Assembly (NCBI GenBank): GCA_963827275.1
Contig: CAWHAA010000004.1
Location: 608,001 to 672,000 of the forward strand
Reading direction: 5' to 3'
Length of the DNA: 64,000 nucleotides
From: an uncultured Spirochaetota bacterium
Lineage (GTDB): Bacteria > Spirochaetota > UBA4802 > UBA5550
This document shows, piece after piece, positions 32,535 to 43,426 of the stretch. The position numbers were made by a program, and so were the translations under genes. The notes below the pieces were generated by a model that did no database searches, was not told the DNA's origin, and worked only from the letters and a program-made list of their open reading frames with translations. Each line of letters opens with the position of its first letter. Positions within the stretch are counted from its first letter, which is position 1.

Positions 32535-32855
32535 ATGCCGGTAAATAATTATAAAATATACATCAACCAGGTTGTAAGGATCGTGATCTATTTCCTTTCT
32601 GACAGGAAGAATATTCTTGACTTCGTTGTCAAAATTGAATATTTTTTCAATGGTTCATGGAGGGAAATGGAGCGTTACGATTGCGCCCATGGCTACGTGC
32701 ATAAGGACATGCTCGACCGTCGGGGTTGTAAAAAGCGCGTAATCGCTTTTACCCATCTTGATCATAAGTCTGGATTGAATTACGCTATATCCGATTTCAA
32801 GAAGAACTATGAATCGATAATCCGGAGATATCTTCATGAAAAAGAACACAAGTAG
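32535..32855 (+). CDS. DUF7718/DUF6516(TumE)-like small protein, putative toxin
   Basis: 'RYDCAHGYVHKD' motif; overlaps a small downstream ORF; family assignment is from motif recall only. Confidence 0.6.
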   Translation: MPVNNYKIYINQVVRIVIYFLSDRKNILDFVVKIEYFFNGSWREMERYDCAHGYVHKDMLDRRGCKKRVIAFTHLDHKSGLNYAISDFKKNYESIIRRYLHEKEHK

Positions 32856-33015
32856 CGTTAAAACCGAAGTCCAGCTTGTGGAGGAAATGCTGATACGAGA
32901 AGGCTTTACGCGGATCACCGCCCGCGAGAAACGCTCCCCGGAATTCCGCGATTCATTGAAGGAATTTGACCAGCGCAGAAAGAGGTTTAAAACGAAATTG
33001 AAGAGTCGCGCGTGA
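32836..33015 (+). CDS. 59-aa basic protein, putative partner or antitoxin
   Basis: Below the ORF-track cutoff: MKKNTSSVKTEVQLVEEMLIREGFTRITAREKRSPEFRDSLKEFDQRRKRFKTKLKSRA; overlaps the upstream gene by 20 nt. Confidence 0.55.
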   Translation: MKKNTSSVKTEVQLVEEMLIREGFTRITAREKRSPEFRDSLKEFDQRRKRFKTKLKSRA

Positions 33016-33041
33016 CCCCGCCTGCATGCACACAAACGACC
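33009..33041 (+). repeat. REP right arm plus flank, a direct repeat of 32420-32452
   Basis: cgcgtgaccccgcctgcatgcacacaaacgacc vs cacgtgaccccgcctacatgcacacaaacgacc. Confidence 0.85.
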
Positions 33042-33223
33042 GCGCCACCGCCGCCCGTACCGGAGCGTGACCTCCACCACAAACATGCTGTAATACCAAA
33101 AAAAGCCTACCTGTGCTAAAATTTATTGACATATCGGCTTCAAATATTTATATTTTATATTAATAAAACTTCTGTTTTAAAACGACATGCATATTCATTA
33201 TTCACAAATAACCGTGGAACCAG

Positions 33224-33308
<85 letters not shown>

Positions 33309-33472
33309 GGATCGTTTTTTAAGCCTCCGGCATATTCAAGCCAAAATTTCTCACCAAATAGTTTTTCGTTATCCCGGCATCCATGTGTTCGCGTGCATGT
33401 TCATGCGGCTTTTTATTTTAAGCACGCGCGCAATGCCTTTTAAAAATAAGAATATATAAGGAGCCATGAAAT

Positions 33473-36400
33473 ATGAAGATGCGGAACGATTATCGCAAAC
33501 AATCAGTGCCTGTTATAATACTGGCGGTGCTGACCGTTTTATCCATGGCTTCATGCACGAAAAAAAAGACATCAATACTGCCATTATTCCCTGTATCCCC
33601 TGGCCTGACCTTCAATGTTTCCTTTGACTCCCAGGGCGGGACGTCAGTCATTGGCCAGGTTGTTGCGGATGGTGGGCTTGTTGCTGAACCGGCCTCTCCC
33701 GCGAAAACCGGATATCTTTTCGGCGGCTGGTATGCTGATGCTACATATATAGCCGAATGGGATTTTGATAATGATATAGTGACCGAAGCGCTTACCCTTT
33801 ATGCGAAATGGGATAGCTATTCATACACGGTAGATTTTGACAGCCAGTCTGCCACGGTCGATGCAAGCCCTGCAACCAAAACCGTGGCCTCGCCCGCGAC
33901 TACCGTGGACGCCCTGCCCACCGCTCCAACGAAGAGCGGTTACTATTTTGCCGGGTGGTACACCGGCCCCAACGGAACCGGGACTGAATTCATTGCCACG
34001 ACTGCTGTGACGGGAAGCATGATCGTATACGCCCTCTGGTCGGCCAACCCGACCTATGTCGTGACCTTCGACGGCCAGGGAGCTACGACCGCGCCGGTCC
34101 CGACCAGCATATCGGTCGTGTCTCCGAGCATCAATGTGGGGACCCTGCCGACAGCGCCGCTTTACACAGGATACAATTTCGGCGGATGGTGGACCGAGAC
34201 TGGCGGAGGGGGCACCCAGTTCCTTGCGGACACGACTGTTTCCGGCAACATAACCATATTCGCACGATGGGACAGCTATTCATACACGGTGACGTTTGAC
34301 AGCACGGGCGGGTCCGCGGTGTCTGATGAAATTGTTGCTTCCCCTGATACCACGGTGGGCACCCTGCCGGCAGACCCGACGCTGGATGGCTACACCTTTG
34401 GCGGATGGTGGACAGAGATTGATGGCGGCGGCACGCAGTTTTCAGCGGGAACAACCGTCACTGACAGCATAACGGTATTCGCGAACTGGGTAGCACAATG
34501 AGAATACCGTCACATTCAATGCTAACGGCGGCACCGGCACAATGGACCCACAGGCGATACTTATCGGCGAGACTGAACCTTTAAATACTAACACCTATAC
34601 CAGGGCAGGGTACAGTTTTGCCGGCTGGGCGACTTCTGAAACGGGGCCGGTCGAGTACTGCAAACGGCGCGGACTACCTCATGGGTACCGAAAGCGTGAC
34701 CCTGTTTGCGAAATGGACGCCGAATGACTACACGGTCTCCTTTGATCCGAATGGCGGCACCGGGACAATGGACCCGCAGACCATTGCCTGTGACGCGACA
34801 GCGGCGTTGACGTTGAATGCGTTTACCCGGGATGGGTACACCTTTGCGGGGTGGGCGACATCTTCCGGCGGTTCTGTTGTGTATACGGATGGCGCGGATT
34901 ACACCATGGGGACGGAGAGTGTGACGTTGTATGCGAAGTGGAATATTCCAGCGACACGTGTTTATGGACAGGATGGAAGTTTTACAACTGATGGTACAAC
35001 TAGATCCTATAGTTTGTATTATCCTAGAGATATTGCTGTGGATTCAGAAGGTATTTATATTGTTGATTACATGAACAACCGTGTATTGTATTATTCCGGT
35101 ACCAGTACAACAGCAACACGCGTATATGGACAGGGAGGCAATTTTACAACAGGTAATGGTGATAATGGCGGAGTTAGCGCTGATAGTTTGAGTCAACCTT
35201 GTGGTATTGCCCTTGATGCTGGAGGTGTATATATTTCTGATTATACCAATAATCGTGTGTTATATTATTCCGGTACCAGCACGACAGCGACACGGGTATA
35301 TGGTCAAGGAGGCAGTTTTACATCAGGTACTCGTAATAATGGTGGAATAAGTGCTGATAGTTTAAATGGACCATGGGGTATAGCAGTTGATTCTGGAGGT
35401 GTGTATATTGCTGATAGAAGCAATAATCGTGTATTATATTATGCTGGGACTAGTACGACAGCGACGAGAGTATATGGACAAGGAGGAAGTTTTACTACAA
35501 ATTTTGCCAATAAAGGAGCTGTTAACGCTGATGGTTTGAACCATCCTTATGACGTATCAGTTGATGCGGGAGGAATTTATATTGCTGATTCTGATAACAA
35601 TCGTGTTTTGTATTATTCCGGTACAAGCACGACAGCAATGAGAGTGTATGGGCAAGGTGGTAGTTTTACTACAATTACAGCTAACAATGGCGGGATCAGT
35701 GCTAATAGTTTGTATAAACCCATTCATGTGGGTGTTGATACGGGAGGTATATTTATTGCTGATAATTCAAATAATCGTATATTATATTATTCTGGCAACA
35801 GTACAATAGCAACAATGGTGTATGGTCAAGGTGGCAGTTTTACATCTAATACTTAATCCATTTGGCGGGGCAGGGTTTATGGTCAGGGAGGCAGTTTTTC
35901 TAATAATACAGCTAACAATGGCGGTATTAGTGCTGATAGTTTGAGTGGTCCTTGGGGTATTTTTGTTGATACTGGAGGGGTATATATTGCTGATGCGATA
36001 ACAACGTGTATTGTATTATTCTGGCACAAGTACGACAGCAGCTAGGGTGTATGGTCAGGGAGGTGGCTTTTCTTCTAATACTGCCAATAATGGCGGTATT
36101 AGTGCTGATAGTTTGAATTATCCTTGTGGTATTACCGCTGATACTGGAGGGGTATATATTGCGGATACAGCTAATAATCGTGTATTGTATTACTCTGGCA
36201 CCAGTACGACAGCAACAAGGGTGTATGGTCAAGGTGGCAGTTTTACTTCTAATACTTCCAATAATGGCGGTATTGGTGCTGATAGCTTAATGGGACCACG
36301 TGACGTTGCTGTTGATGCAGGTGGTGTTTATATCGTTGATGGTGAGAACAGTCGTGTATTGTACTATTCTGGCACCAGTACGACAGCAACAAGGGTGTAT

Positions 36401-36724
36401 GGTCAGGGAGGTAGTTTTACTACCAATACTGGTAATAATGGTGGTATTAGTGCTGATAGTTTGAATGTTCCATGGGGTATAGCAGTGGAAGTTGATGGGT
36501 TATATATTGCCGATACATTTAACTCTCGAATATTATATTATACCGGTATCAGTACTACAGCAACAATGGTGTATGGTCAGGGTGGCAGTTTTACATCTAA
36601 TACTCCAAATAATGGTGGTATTAGTACTTATAGTTTGTTTCAACCTTTTAGTGTATTTGTTAATACTGAAGGAGTATATGTTGCTGATACTTCGAATAGA
36701 CGTGTCTTATGGTATTCAAAATAA
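33473..36724 (+). CDS. Large surface lipoprotein: InlB B-repeat (Flg_new) domains plus NHL beta-propeller repeats; interrupted near 34497, 34660, 35854 and 36000
   Basis: Lipobox-like 'SMASC'; about 6 'V.FD..GG...GY.F.GW...LYAKW' units; about 10 58-aa 'ATRVYGQGGSFT..NNGGISADSL..P.GIAVD.GGVYIAD..NNRVLYY' units. Confidence 0.85.
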
Positions 36725-36812
36725 TAAATTTGTTTGATATCATAGTTATGTCTTAAGTTCGTTTAGTAGTATTCGAGCCAAACTATTCTCATACTTGTTA
36801 TCGGAACATATC

Positions 36813-37289
36813 ATGGAGAAAAATTTTGCAAAATATTATAGTTATAAGGTAGCTTGGGGAAGGATTAATAATGCCATTTCAAAAAAATATTTCCTTGAAG
36901 CGATTACCCTTGAAGAGAGTATTATGAGTGATAGACTATGGTCATACCTTGAGGGTGTAGGTTGTAAAACTAACCATAAGATATTCAACACTTTGATTAA
37001 AGATTGGAAAAAAATATATCCTGATCCAATAGAATATCCCGGGATAAAAATCAGTGGTAGACACATAACAAGCCTTCAGGAAGAAGTGGATAAATGGCGA
37101 GATAATCGCAATTTTGTTATTCATGGTCTTGTAAAATCGAAACCTGGTACACCAACTCAGAGTGTACCTGATTTTTTAAAATTAGCAAAAACTGTAGCAG
37201 AAGACGGGAAAAAACTTGCTAGGGCTGTTACCGTTTGGCAAAGGAAACAATTAAGAAAAGCGTTAAAGAATAAAACAAAGCTAGTTTGA
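36813..37289 (+). CDS. HEPN-like protein
   Basis: N-terminal 'EAITLEESIMSDRL' helix and RxxxxH motif 'RNFVIH'; AT-rich. Confidence 0.6.
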   Translation: MEKNFAKYYSYKVAWGRINNAISKKYFLEAITLEESIMSDRLWSYLEGVGCKTNHKIFNTLIKDWKKIYPDPIEYPGIKISGRHITSLQEEVDKWRDNRNFVIHGLVKSKPGTPTQSVPDFLKLAKTVAEDGKKLARAVTVWQRKQLRKALKNKTKLV

Positions 37290-37336
37290 CCAATTTTGTT
37301 CGCTTTGATGATAATAATAATTCTAATTATGGAATA

Positions 37337-37426
37337 AAAATCGCCACATGGCGCTTCCCGGAGCCTCCGTTCGGCGGGAAGAAATATGTGGAGCATACGT
37401 TTAAGTTTCAGGACGAGAAGAAATAA
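37337..37426 (+). pseudogene. Orphan 3' fragment resembling a TonB-C/AgmX-type C-terminus
   Basis: KIATWRFPEPPFGGKKYVEHTFKFQDEKK*; GC rises abruptly at about 37340. Confidence 0.4.
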
Positions 37427-37430
37427 CGCG

Positions 37431-37495
37431 CATGTAGGCCGGGTCACGTGACCCGGCCTACATGCGTATAACCCCGCCTACATGCGTATAACCCC
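37431..37495. repeat. REP palindrome (34 bp) followed by a reiterated right-arm unit
   Basis: catgtaggccgggtcacgtgacccggcctacatg then cgtataaccccgcctacatgcgtataacccc. Confidence 0.9.
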
Positions 37496-37553
37496 AACCA
37501 CAAACGCCCCAATTTCCATTTGACATTTCCGCCCCCTCCGCTCCAATACCCTC

Positions 37554-38679
37554 ATGCAATTTCGTGTAACCTCCACCGATAACAGACACCGCAGCGCGCA
37601 CCGGCGAGATCGTCACCTCGCGGGGAACGATACGCACGCCCGTGTTCATGCCCGTGGGTACGCGGGGGTCGATACGCGCCCTGTCCGGGCGCGACGTGGA
37701 GGAGCTCGATTTCGACATCATCCTCTCCAACACCTATCACCTGTACCTGCGTCCCGGCGTGGAGGTGCTGAAGAAGGCGGGGGGCCTGCACGCCTTCATG
37801 AACTACAATAAACCGGTCCTTACCGACTCGGGCGGGTTCCAGGTCTTTTCACTCTCGGACCTCTGCCGTGTGAAGCAGAACGGCGTGGAGTTCCGGTCGC
37901 ACATCGACGGCTCGCTCCACTTCTTCTCTCCCGAGTCGGTCCTGGACGTGCAGAGGGCGATCGGCTCCGACATCATGATGGTGCTGGACCAGTGCACCGA
38001 GTATCCGATCGAGGAGGCGGAGGCGCGGAAAGCAGTGGACCGGACCGTGGAATGGGCGCACGCCTCGCACCGCTACTGGCGCGATACTTTCGACACGGAC
38101 CGCCAGGCCCTGTTTGCGATCGTGCAGGGGAGCGTCTTCAGGGACCTTCGCAAAGAGTGCGCGGAGCGCCTGCTCGAGCTTCCGTTTTCCGGCATAGCGA
38201 TAGGGGGGCTCTCGGTGGGCGAGCCGAAGGAGCTGTACCGGGAGATCACCGAATATACCCTCTCCCTCCTTCCGGCCGACCGCCCGCGGTACATGATGGG
38301 CGTGGGGAGCCCCATGGAGATCCTCTACGCGATACGCCACGGCATCGACATGTTCGACTCGGTGATGCCCACCCGTATCGCGCGCAACGGCACGATTTTT
38401 ACCTCGGCCGGGAGATTCAGCATCAAGTCCGCGGCTTTCGAGGCGGACCTCTCGCCGCTTGATGAAACGTGCGGCTGTTATGTGTGCCGCAACTATTCAC
38501 GGGCCTACCTGCGGCACCTGTTCCGTGTCGGCGAGATTTCGGCGCTGATCTATAACACGTATCATAACCTGTATTTCATGAATAGCTTCATGAATGAGAT
38601 AAGAAAAAGCATCGCCGGAGGCGTCTTCGATGCTGAATACAGGAAATGGGAAGCCCTGTATGGAAACGGTGACATTTAA
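37554..38679 (+). CDS. tgt: Queuine tRNA-ribosyltransferase (frameshift near 37582)
   Basis: 'TPVFMPVGT', 'SNTYHLYLRPG', 'TDSGGFQVFSL', zinc motif 'CGCYVC'. Confidence 0.96.
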
Positions 38680-38808
38680 TGTGAAATGTATAAAAATTCA
38701 CTTGACCATATTCAATTGAGATAAATAATCTTGACATAAAAAATAGAACCATATATAGTGTTGCTTGCAGTGCCATGCATATCGTAAAACGAGGGGGATA
38801 CCGGGCAG

Positions 38809-39147
38809 ATGGATATAACGACCAGATCAAAAGGAGATGTTATCGTCCTGGATATTGCGGGCGAGATAGATCTTTATAACGCTCCTGAAATAAAAGACAT
38901 CATAAACAAGCTCATCGAAGAAAAAAAATATAACGTCGTGATCAATCTGGAAAAAGTATCCTACATAGATTCTTCCGGTATCGGCGCTCTTATCTCCAGC
39001 CTGTCAAACCTCAAGAAATACCAGGGCGGACTGAAAATCATCAATGTGTTCGCATCGGTGCGGAAGGTGTTCGAGCTGACCAAGTTAACCTCGTTTTTTG
39101 AGATCTTTGACTCGGAGGACCAGGCGGTAAAATCTTTTTCCGGATAA
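38809..39147 (+). CDS. STAS-domain anti-sigma factor antagonist
   Basis: 'GEIDLYNAPE', 'YIDSSGIGAL'. Confidence 0.93.
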   Translation: MDITTRSKGDVIVLDIAGEIDLYNAPEIKDIINKLIEEKKYNVVINLEKVSYIDSSGIGALISSLSNLKKYQGGLKIINVFASVRKVFELTKLTSFFEIFDSEDQAVKSFSG

Positions 39148-39226
39148 CCGCTTCCCCTGTTCCCTTGATTACAATTCGTCATTAATTGCTTTCGGTCGCT
39201 AATAATTATTACAGGATGAGGTCATT

Positions 39227-40429
39227 ATGAGGCGGGTTAAAATTTTATCGGTTATAATCACGGCCGTGTTTACGGTCGCCATGGTCACGGCGTGCAAGGT
39301 GAGCGTTCCCATCCGCGAGATGTCAACGGCGAAGAGCGCGATCAACACGGCGCAGAAAGTGAATGCGGACAAGTATGCGCCGGAAGACCTTGACCTTGCC
39401 AGGACGAAGCTCCTGGAGAGCCATGACCAGGTGACGGACAAGGACGCCGACAAGGCCAAGAGCTCAGCCGAGGAAGCGACAAGCCTCGCGCAGCTGGCCT
39501 ACAACAAGGCGCTCCCCCTGGTGGCGAAGGACACCATCGCGATCGCGGAAAAGAGCGTGGAGGAGGCCGGTGACGCGTATGCCGAGCGGCTCGCCCCTGA
39601 AGAATACCGCGAGGCGGAAGACAGCCTCAAGCGCGCCAATGACCAGTTCCAGAACAAACAGTATGAAGAGGCATATAGGTCGGCGGTCCTGGCCGATGAA
39701 AAAGCGAAGAGCGCACGGGCCACCGCCCTGGGCAAGAAAGACATGCTCCGCGACTCGATCGTCGAGGTGAAGAGGACCATAGAAGAGGCCGAGCAGTACG
39801 GTGCGAAAAAATACGCGCCGGATAAGTTAAATCTGGCGAATGAAAACGCGGACCTGGCGGAAAAGTCGTATGACGCCCAGGAGCTCAAGAAGGGATTTTC
39901 CGCCGTCGAGGTGGCGAAGCTGAACGCCGATGAGGCGCTCCTTGCCGCCCTGAAGAACACCGCGACTGACAGACTGTCTGCCGCCCAGAAAGCGATCGCC
40001 ATGGCGGAAAAGTCGAAGCTTGCGGCAGCCAACAAGGATGCGATGAACGCGGCCAGGGAATCGCTGGCAGATGCGAAAACCAAGCTCGCGGACGGGAAAT
40101 ACCGTGAATCAATCGCCGCATCCGAGGAGGCGCTGCGCCTGGCATATCTGGCAATGGGCAAGAGGCTCGATGGGACCGACATTGCGGGAGATGGGACCGA
40201 GGGAACGACGCAGGATCAGCAGCAGGTCGATGAACAGGAAAAGGATTATTTTCTGTACACCGTGCAGTACCGGGAGAATTACAAGGACTGCCTCTGGTAT
40301 ATAGCGAAGAAATTTTATGGAAACGGCATGCTCTGGAAGAGGATCTACGAGGCCAACAAGGACCAGATAGGCGATCCTGACCTGATCATGCCGGGCTGGG
40401 TACTGAAGGTCCCGAAGCCTAAAAAATAG
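39227..40429 (+). CDS. Lipoprotein with DUF4398-like helical repeats and C-terminal LysM (LipL71/LruA-like)
   Basis: Lipobox 'MVTAC'; Ala-rich 'A.KYAP' repeats; LysM 'DCLWYIAKKFYG..LWKRIYEANKDQI.DPDLI.PG'. Confidence 0.8.
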   Translation: MRRVKILSVIITAVFTVAMVTACKVSVPIREMSTAKSAINTAQKVNADKYAPEDLDLARTKLLESHDQVTDKDADKAKSSAEEATSLAQLAYNKALPLVAKDTIAIAEKSVEEAGDAYAERLAPEEYREAEDSLKRANDQFQNKQYEEAYRSAVLADEKAKSARATALGKKDMLRDSIVEVKRTIEEAEQYGAKKYAPDKLNLANENADLAEKSYDAQELKKGFSAVEVAKLNADEALLAALKNTATDRLSAAQKAIAMAEKSKLAAANKDAMNAARESLADAKTKLADGKYRESIAASEEALRLAYLAMGKRLDGTDIAGDGTEGTTQDQQQVDEQEKDYFLYTVQYRENYKDCLWYIAKKFYGNGMLWKRIYEANKDQIGDPDLIMPGWVLKVPKPKK

Positions 40430-40777
40430 GGCCACCTCAATGAGGTGACATGCCGGGAGGCCTGACGTACGGCCTCCTGCCGGAAGAGACGCGGGGATTT
40501 TGAAAGGTGCTTTCCATTATGCATCCTGACAATAAGGCCCGGCGTCTCTTTTTGTTTACGGGCTGAGCGGAGACCGGTCCCGTGTCCCGACCGGCGCCGT
40601 ATTTCATGCACCCCTGCCGGCATTGAGCGAATATTGCTTGACCGGATTCTTGAAAAATTCCATTATTCCCATACATCAATTACTGCCGCTTTCGCGACAG
40701 GCCGCCATCTCAGCGAGCAGATAAGTATGCTGCATGGCGCCACAGAGCATCCGGCGGCGACGAAATGTGCTGGTACT

Positions 40778-41804
40778 ATGAAAAAGCAGAAAAAAAAAGA
40801 CAACACCCGGGAACATGACAAGCTTGAGGATGAAGCCCGGGACTCCCTGGCGGAACCGAACGCCGCTGATGATGAAGAGCAGGACCAGGAACAGGAACAG
40901 GACTTCACCGAGGACCTCGACATTGATCTCCTGAAGGTGAAGCCCAAATCCAGGAAAAGAAATAGCTGCCGGCTATTCGGATTCATCGATTTCGTGGTAT
41001 CTGGACCAGATAAACAAGATCCCCCTCCTGTCGCGGGAGGAGGAGGATACCCTCGCGCGCGCCACCCGTGACGGCGACGAAAACGCGAAGAACAGGCTCA
41101 TCAAGGCAAACCTGCGCTTCGTAGTCTCCATCGCCAAGAAATACCAGACCAGCGGCATCTCTCTCCTTGACCTGATCAACGAGGGAAACATGGGCCTCAT
41201 CAAGGCCGCGGAAAAATTCGACCCCGACCGGGGCTTTCATTTCATCTCCTACGCGGTCTGGTGGATACGACAGGCCATCATCCTCGCCATTTCCCAGAAG
41301 GCGTCGCTGATCCGCCTGCCGCTGAACCGGACCGCCGATATCCAGAAAATAGAAAAGGTCCATAAAAAGCTCGAGAGCAGGCTCGGGAGGGAACCGACCC
41401 CGGGCGAGATCGCCGAGGACCTGGATATGGATGACGAGGAGATCAACCACCTCCGTAATATCACCCAGGACTATATATCGCTCGATTCATCGTATGGTGA
41501 CTCTGAGGACACCACGATACTCAGCATGATCGTTGACCAGCGGGTCGATTCGCCGGACAAGAACGTGCTGGACGAGTCCCTCTCCTCCGCCCTGGACGAC
41601 GTGCTGAAGACCCTCACCGAATCCGAGCGGCAGATCATCAAGATGCGTTTCGGGCTCGACGGCTATGAGCCGATGTCGCTCCAGCAGATAGGCGATGAGT
41701 TCAAGCTCTCGAAGGAGCGGATCCGGCAGATAGAGAAAAAGGCGATCCGGCGCCTCCGCCACCCCTCGCGGAGCCAGCGCCTGAAGAGCTTCCTCCAGGA
41801 TTAG
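40778..41804 (+). CDS. RpoD/SigA-family sigma-70 factor (frameshift near 40955)
   Basis: Acidic N-terminus, then '[13 protein letters not shown]', '[18 protein letters not shown]', '[10 protein letters not shown]', '[12 protein letters not shown]'. Confidence 0.92.
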
Positions 41805-41807
41805 GCC

Positions 41808-42881
41808 ATGTACTACTTTTTCCCCGGGCTCATCGCGGGGGCGCTGGCGGCGCTCCTCCTGTTTTCCCCAACGGCCGGGACCGAGGTCTATCCCGAATGG
41901 TGGGGCGGCATAAAAGACATCTCCGCTCTTGCAACCTCGCCGGCGAAGGCGCGGGCGAACATCCGTTTCTTCGTCAGAGCGGACGACAGCGCTTACTTTT
42001 TGCTGAAAAGCAACGGCGAGGTGGCGGTTTCCGGCATAGTCGCGGAGGGGCTCGCCGCCTTCAGCGGGAACGGCGAGTATCTTGCGAAGTTCCAGAAGAT
42101 CGGGAGTGAAGTCGAGTATCTCAACGCGTCAGGGGACCGCTTCTGGAAGATAGAGTCTATGGAATATCCCTACCTCTCCCATGGCGGGAAATTGATCTTC
42201 CTCATGAACGGCGACCATACCGGGATACGGGTGGCTGATTATAACGGGAACATAAGCCAGACACGCATTGCCGGCCGCACCTGCACGGCGCTGGCCTTTT
42301 CCGATGTCGGTGATTTCGGGGGCGTGGGGTTTCTCGATGGCTCCTACTGCTTCGTCAGTCCCCGTGGAAAAATCATTCATCGCGGCAGGGCGCCGCAGGG
42401 GGCCATGGTGAAGGGGGTCGCGGTGGCCGGGAACGGGCTCTACGCGGCGGTCCATTACGGCACGGTCGGCAGGGACACTATCCGGCTGATCGATATTGAA
42501 TCCGGGGACCATGAGGAGGCGGATCTGGCGCATGTCCACATGGTCAAAACATCGCTCCACGTAGACGGCGAGGGCTACTGCATCATCATTGATGGTGACC
42601 GCGTCCTCCGTGTAGCGAAATCGGGGAGGATAAAGCTGGCCATGAGCGTCCCGCCGAAGCGTCACGGCCATTCGTCAATCACCCGCCGGGGCGGGGCCTG
42701 CGCCGTGACATATACGATGCAGAACGGCACGGCCCGGCTCATTCTCTTCAGGGACAACGGCACCGTTCTGCTGTCGAAAGAATTTCCCTCTGAATCGTTC
42801 CTCGATGCGTCACTCCGGGACGGCCTGCTGTTCCTGCGCGGGTCGGATTCCGTTTACTGCTATCGCATAGAAGAGCGTTAG
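41808..42881 (+). CDS. Hypothetical exported beta-propeller-like protein
   Basis: Signal/TM N-terminus, beta-rich repeats. Confidence 0.65.
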   Translation: MYYFFPGLIAGALAALLLFSPTAGTEVYPEWWGGIKDISALATSPAKARANIRFFVRADDSAYFLLKSNGEVAVSGIVAEGLAAFSGNGEYLAKFQKIGSEVEYLNASGDRFWKIESMEYPYLSHGGKLIFLMNGDHTGIRVADYNGNISQTRIAGRTCTALAFSDVGDFGGVGFLDGSYCFVSPRGKIIHRGRAPQGAMVKGVAVAGNGLYAAVHYGTVGRDTIRLIDIESGDHEEADLAHVHMVKTSLHVDGEGYCIIIDGDRVLRVAKSGRIKLAMSVPPKRHGHSSITRRGGACAVTYTMQNGTARLILFRDNGTVLLSKEFPSESFLDASLRDGLLFLRGSDSVYCYRIEER

Positions 42882-42894
42882 GCGCCCTTCCTCC

Positions 42895-43239
42895 CTACAG
42901 CGCCACCATCATGAGGATGAATCCGGCCAGTGACACAATGCATGACGCAATCAGCGATATGCGGAAACGGTCGGTCTTACGCTTGTTCCTCGCCATGTTG
43001 ATGAAGATGCCCCAGACGCACAGCACGAAGTTCAGGAACAACAGCACCTTCGCGATGATGATCCCGTTTTCAAACCTGAGGAGGGAATTCCTGACGGAAC
43101 TATAACTGAGGTTTGTAGGGTTCGTCATCTGGAAGATGCTGAAGGCCACTATGATGATGATCCACGAAAGGACGCTGAAGGCGGTTATCATCTTTACCAT
43201 GGTGTCCGGTCCGCGCCGTCTGTTTTTAATTGCAGCCAT
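42895..43239 (-). CDS. Hypothetical 3-TM membrane protein
   Basis: GGAGGG RBS; three hydrophobic segments. Confidence 0.7.
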   Translation of the reverse strand: MAAIKNRRRGPDTMVKMITAFSVLSWIIIIVAFSIFQMTNPTNLSYSSVRNSLLRFENGIIIAKVLLFLNFVLCVWGIFINMARNKRKTDRFRISLIASCIVSLAGFILMMVAL

Positions 43240-43426
43240 ACGCCCTCCATTAATGCAGCAATGACCGTGCCGTTAATGAAAGCTCTGTCCCGGTTGATGG
43301 TTATGCATGCATTGCTATACCGATTAATTACAGAAATGTAGTGTTCATGCGATACCTCAATCAGGGTATCCTGTATTGTAAATTTTCAATCATAAAAACA
43401 TGTTCGTGCTGGAATTTTTATATATG

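Noticed and set aside
34945..36724. Diversity-generating retroelement TR/VR pair
   Set aside because: No reverse transcriptase in the window. Differences between units are largely synonymous, not adenine-restricted, and follow the NHL protein repeat.
40430..40560. Riboswitch or ncRNA in the hairpin-rich gap after the LysM lipoprotein
   Set aside because: The hairpins and T-run are adequately explained as 3' UTR or terminator structure, and no aptamer consensus is present.
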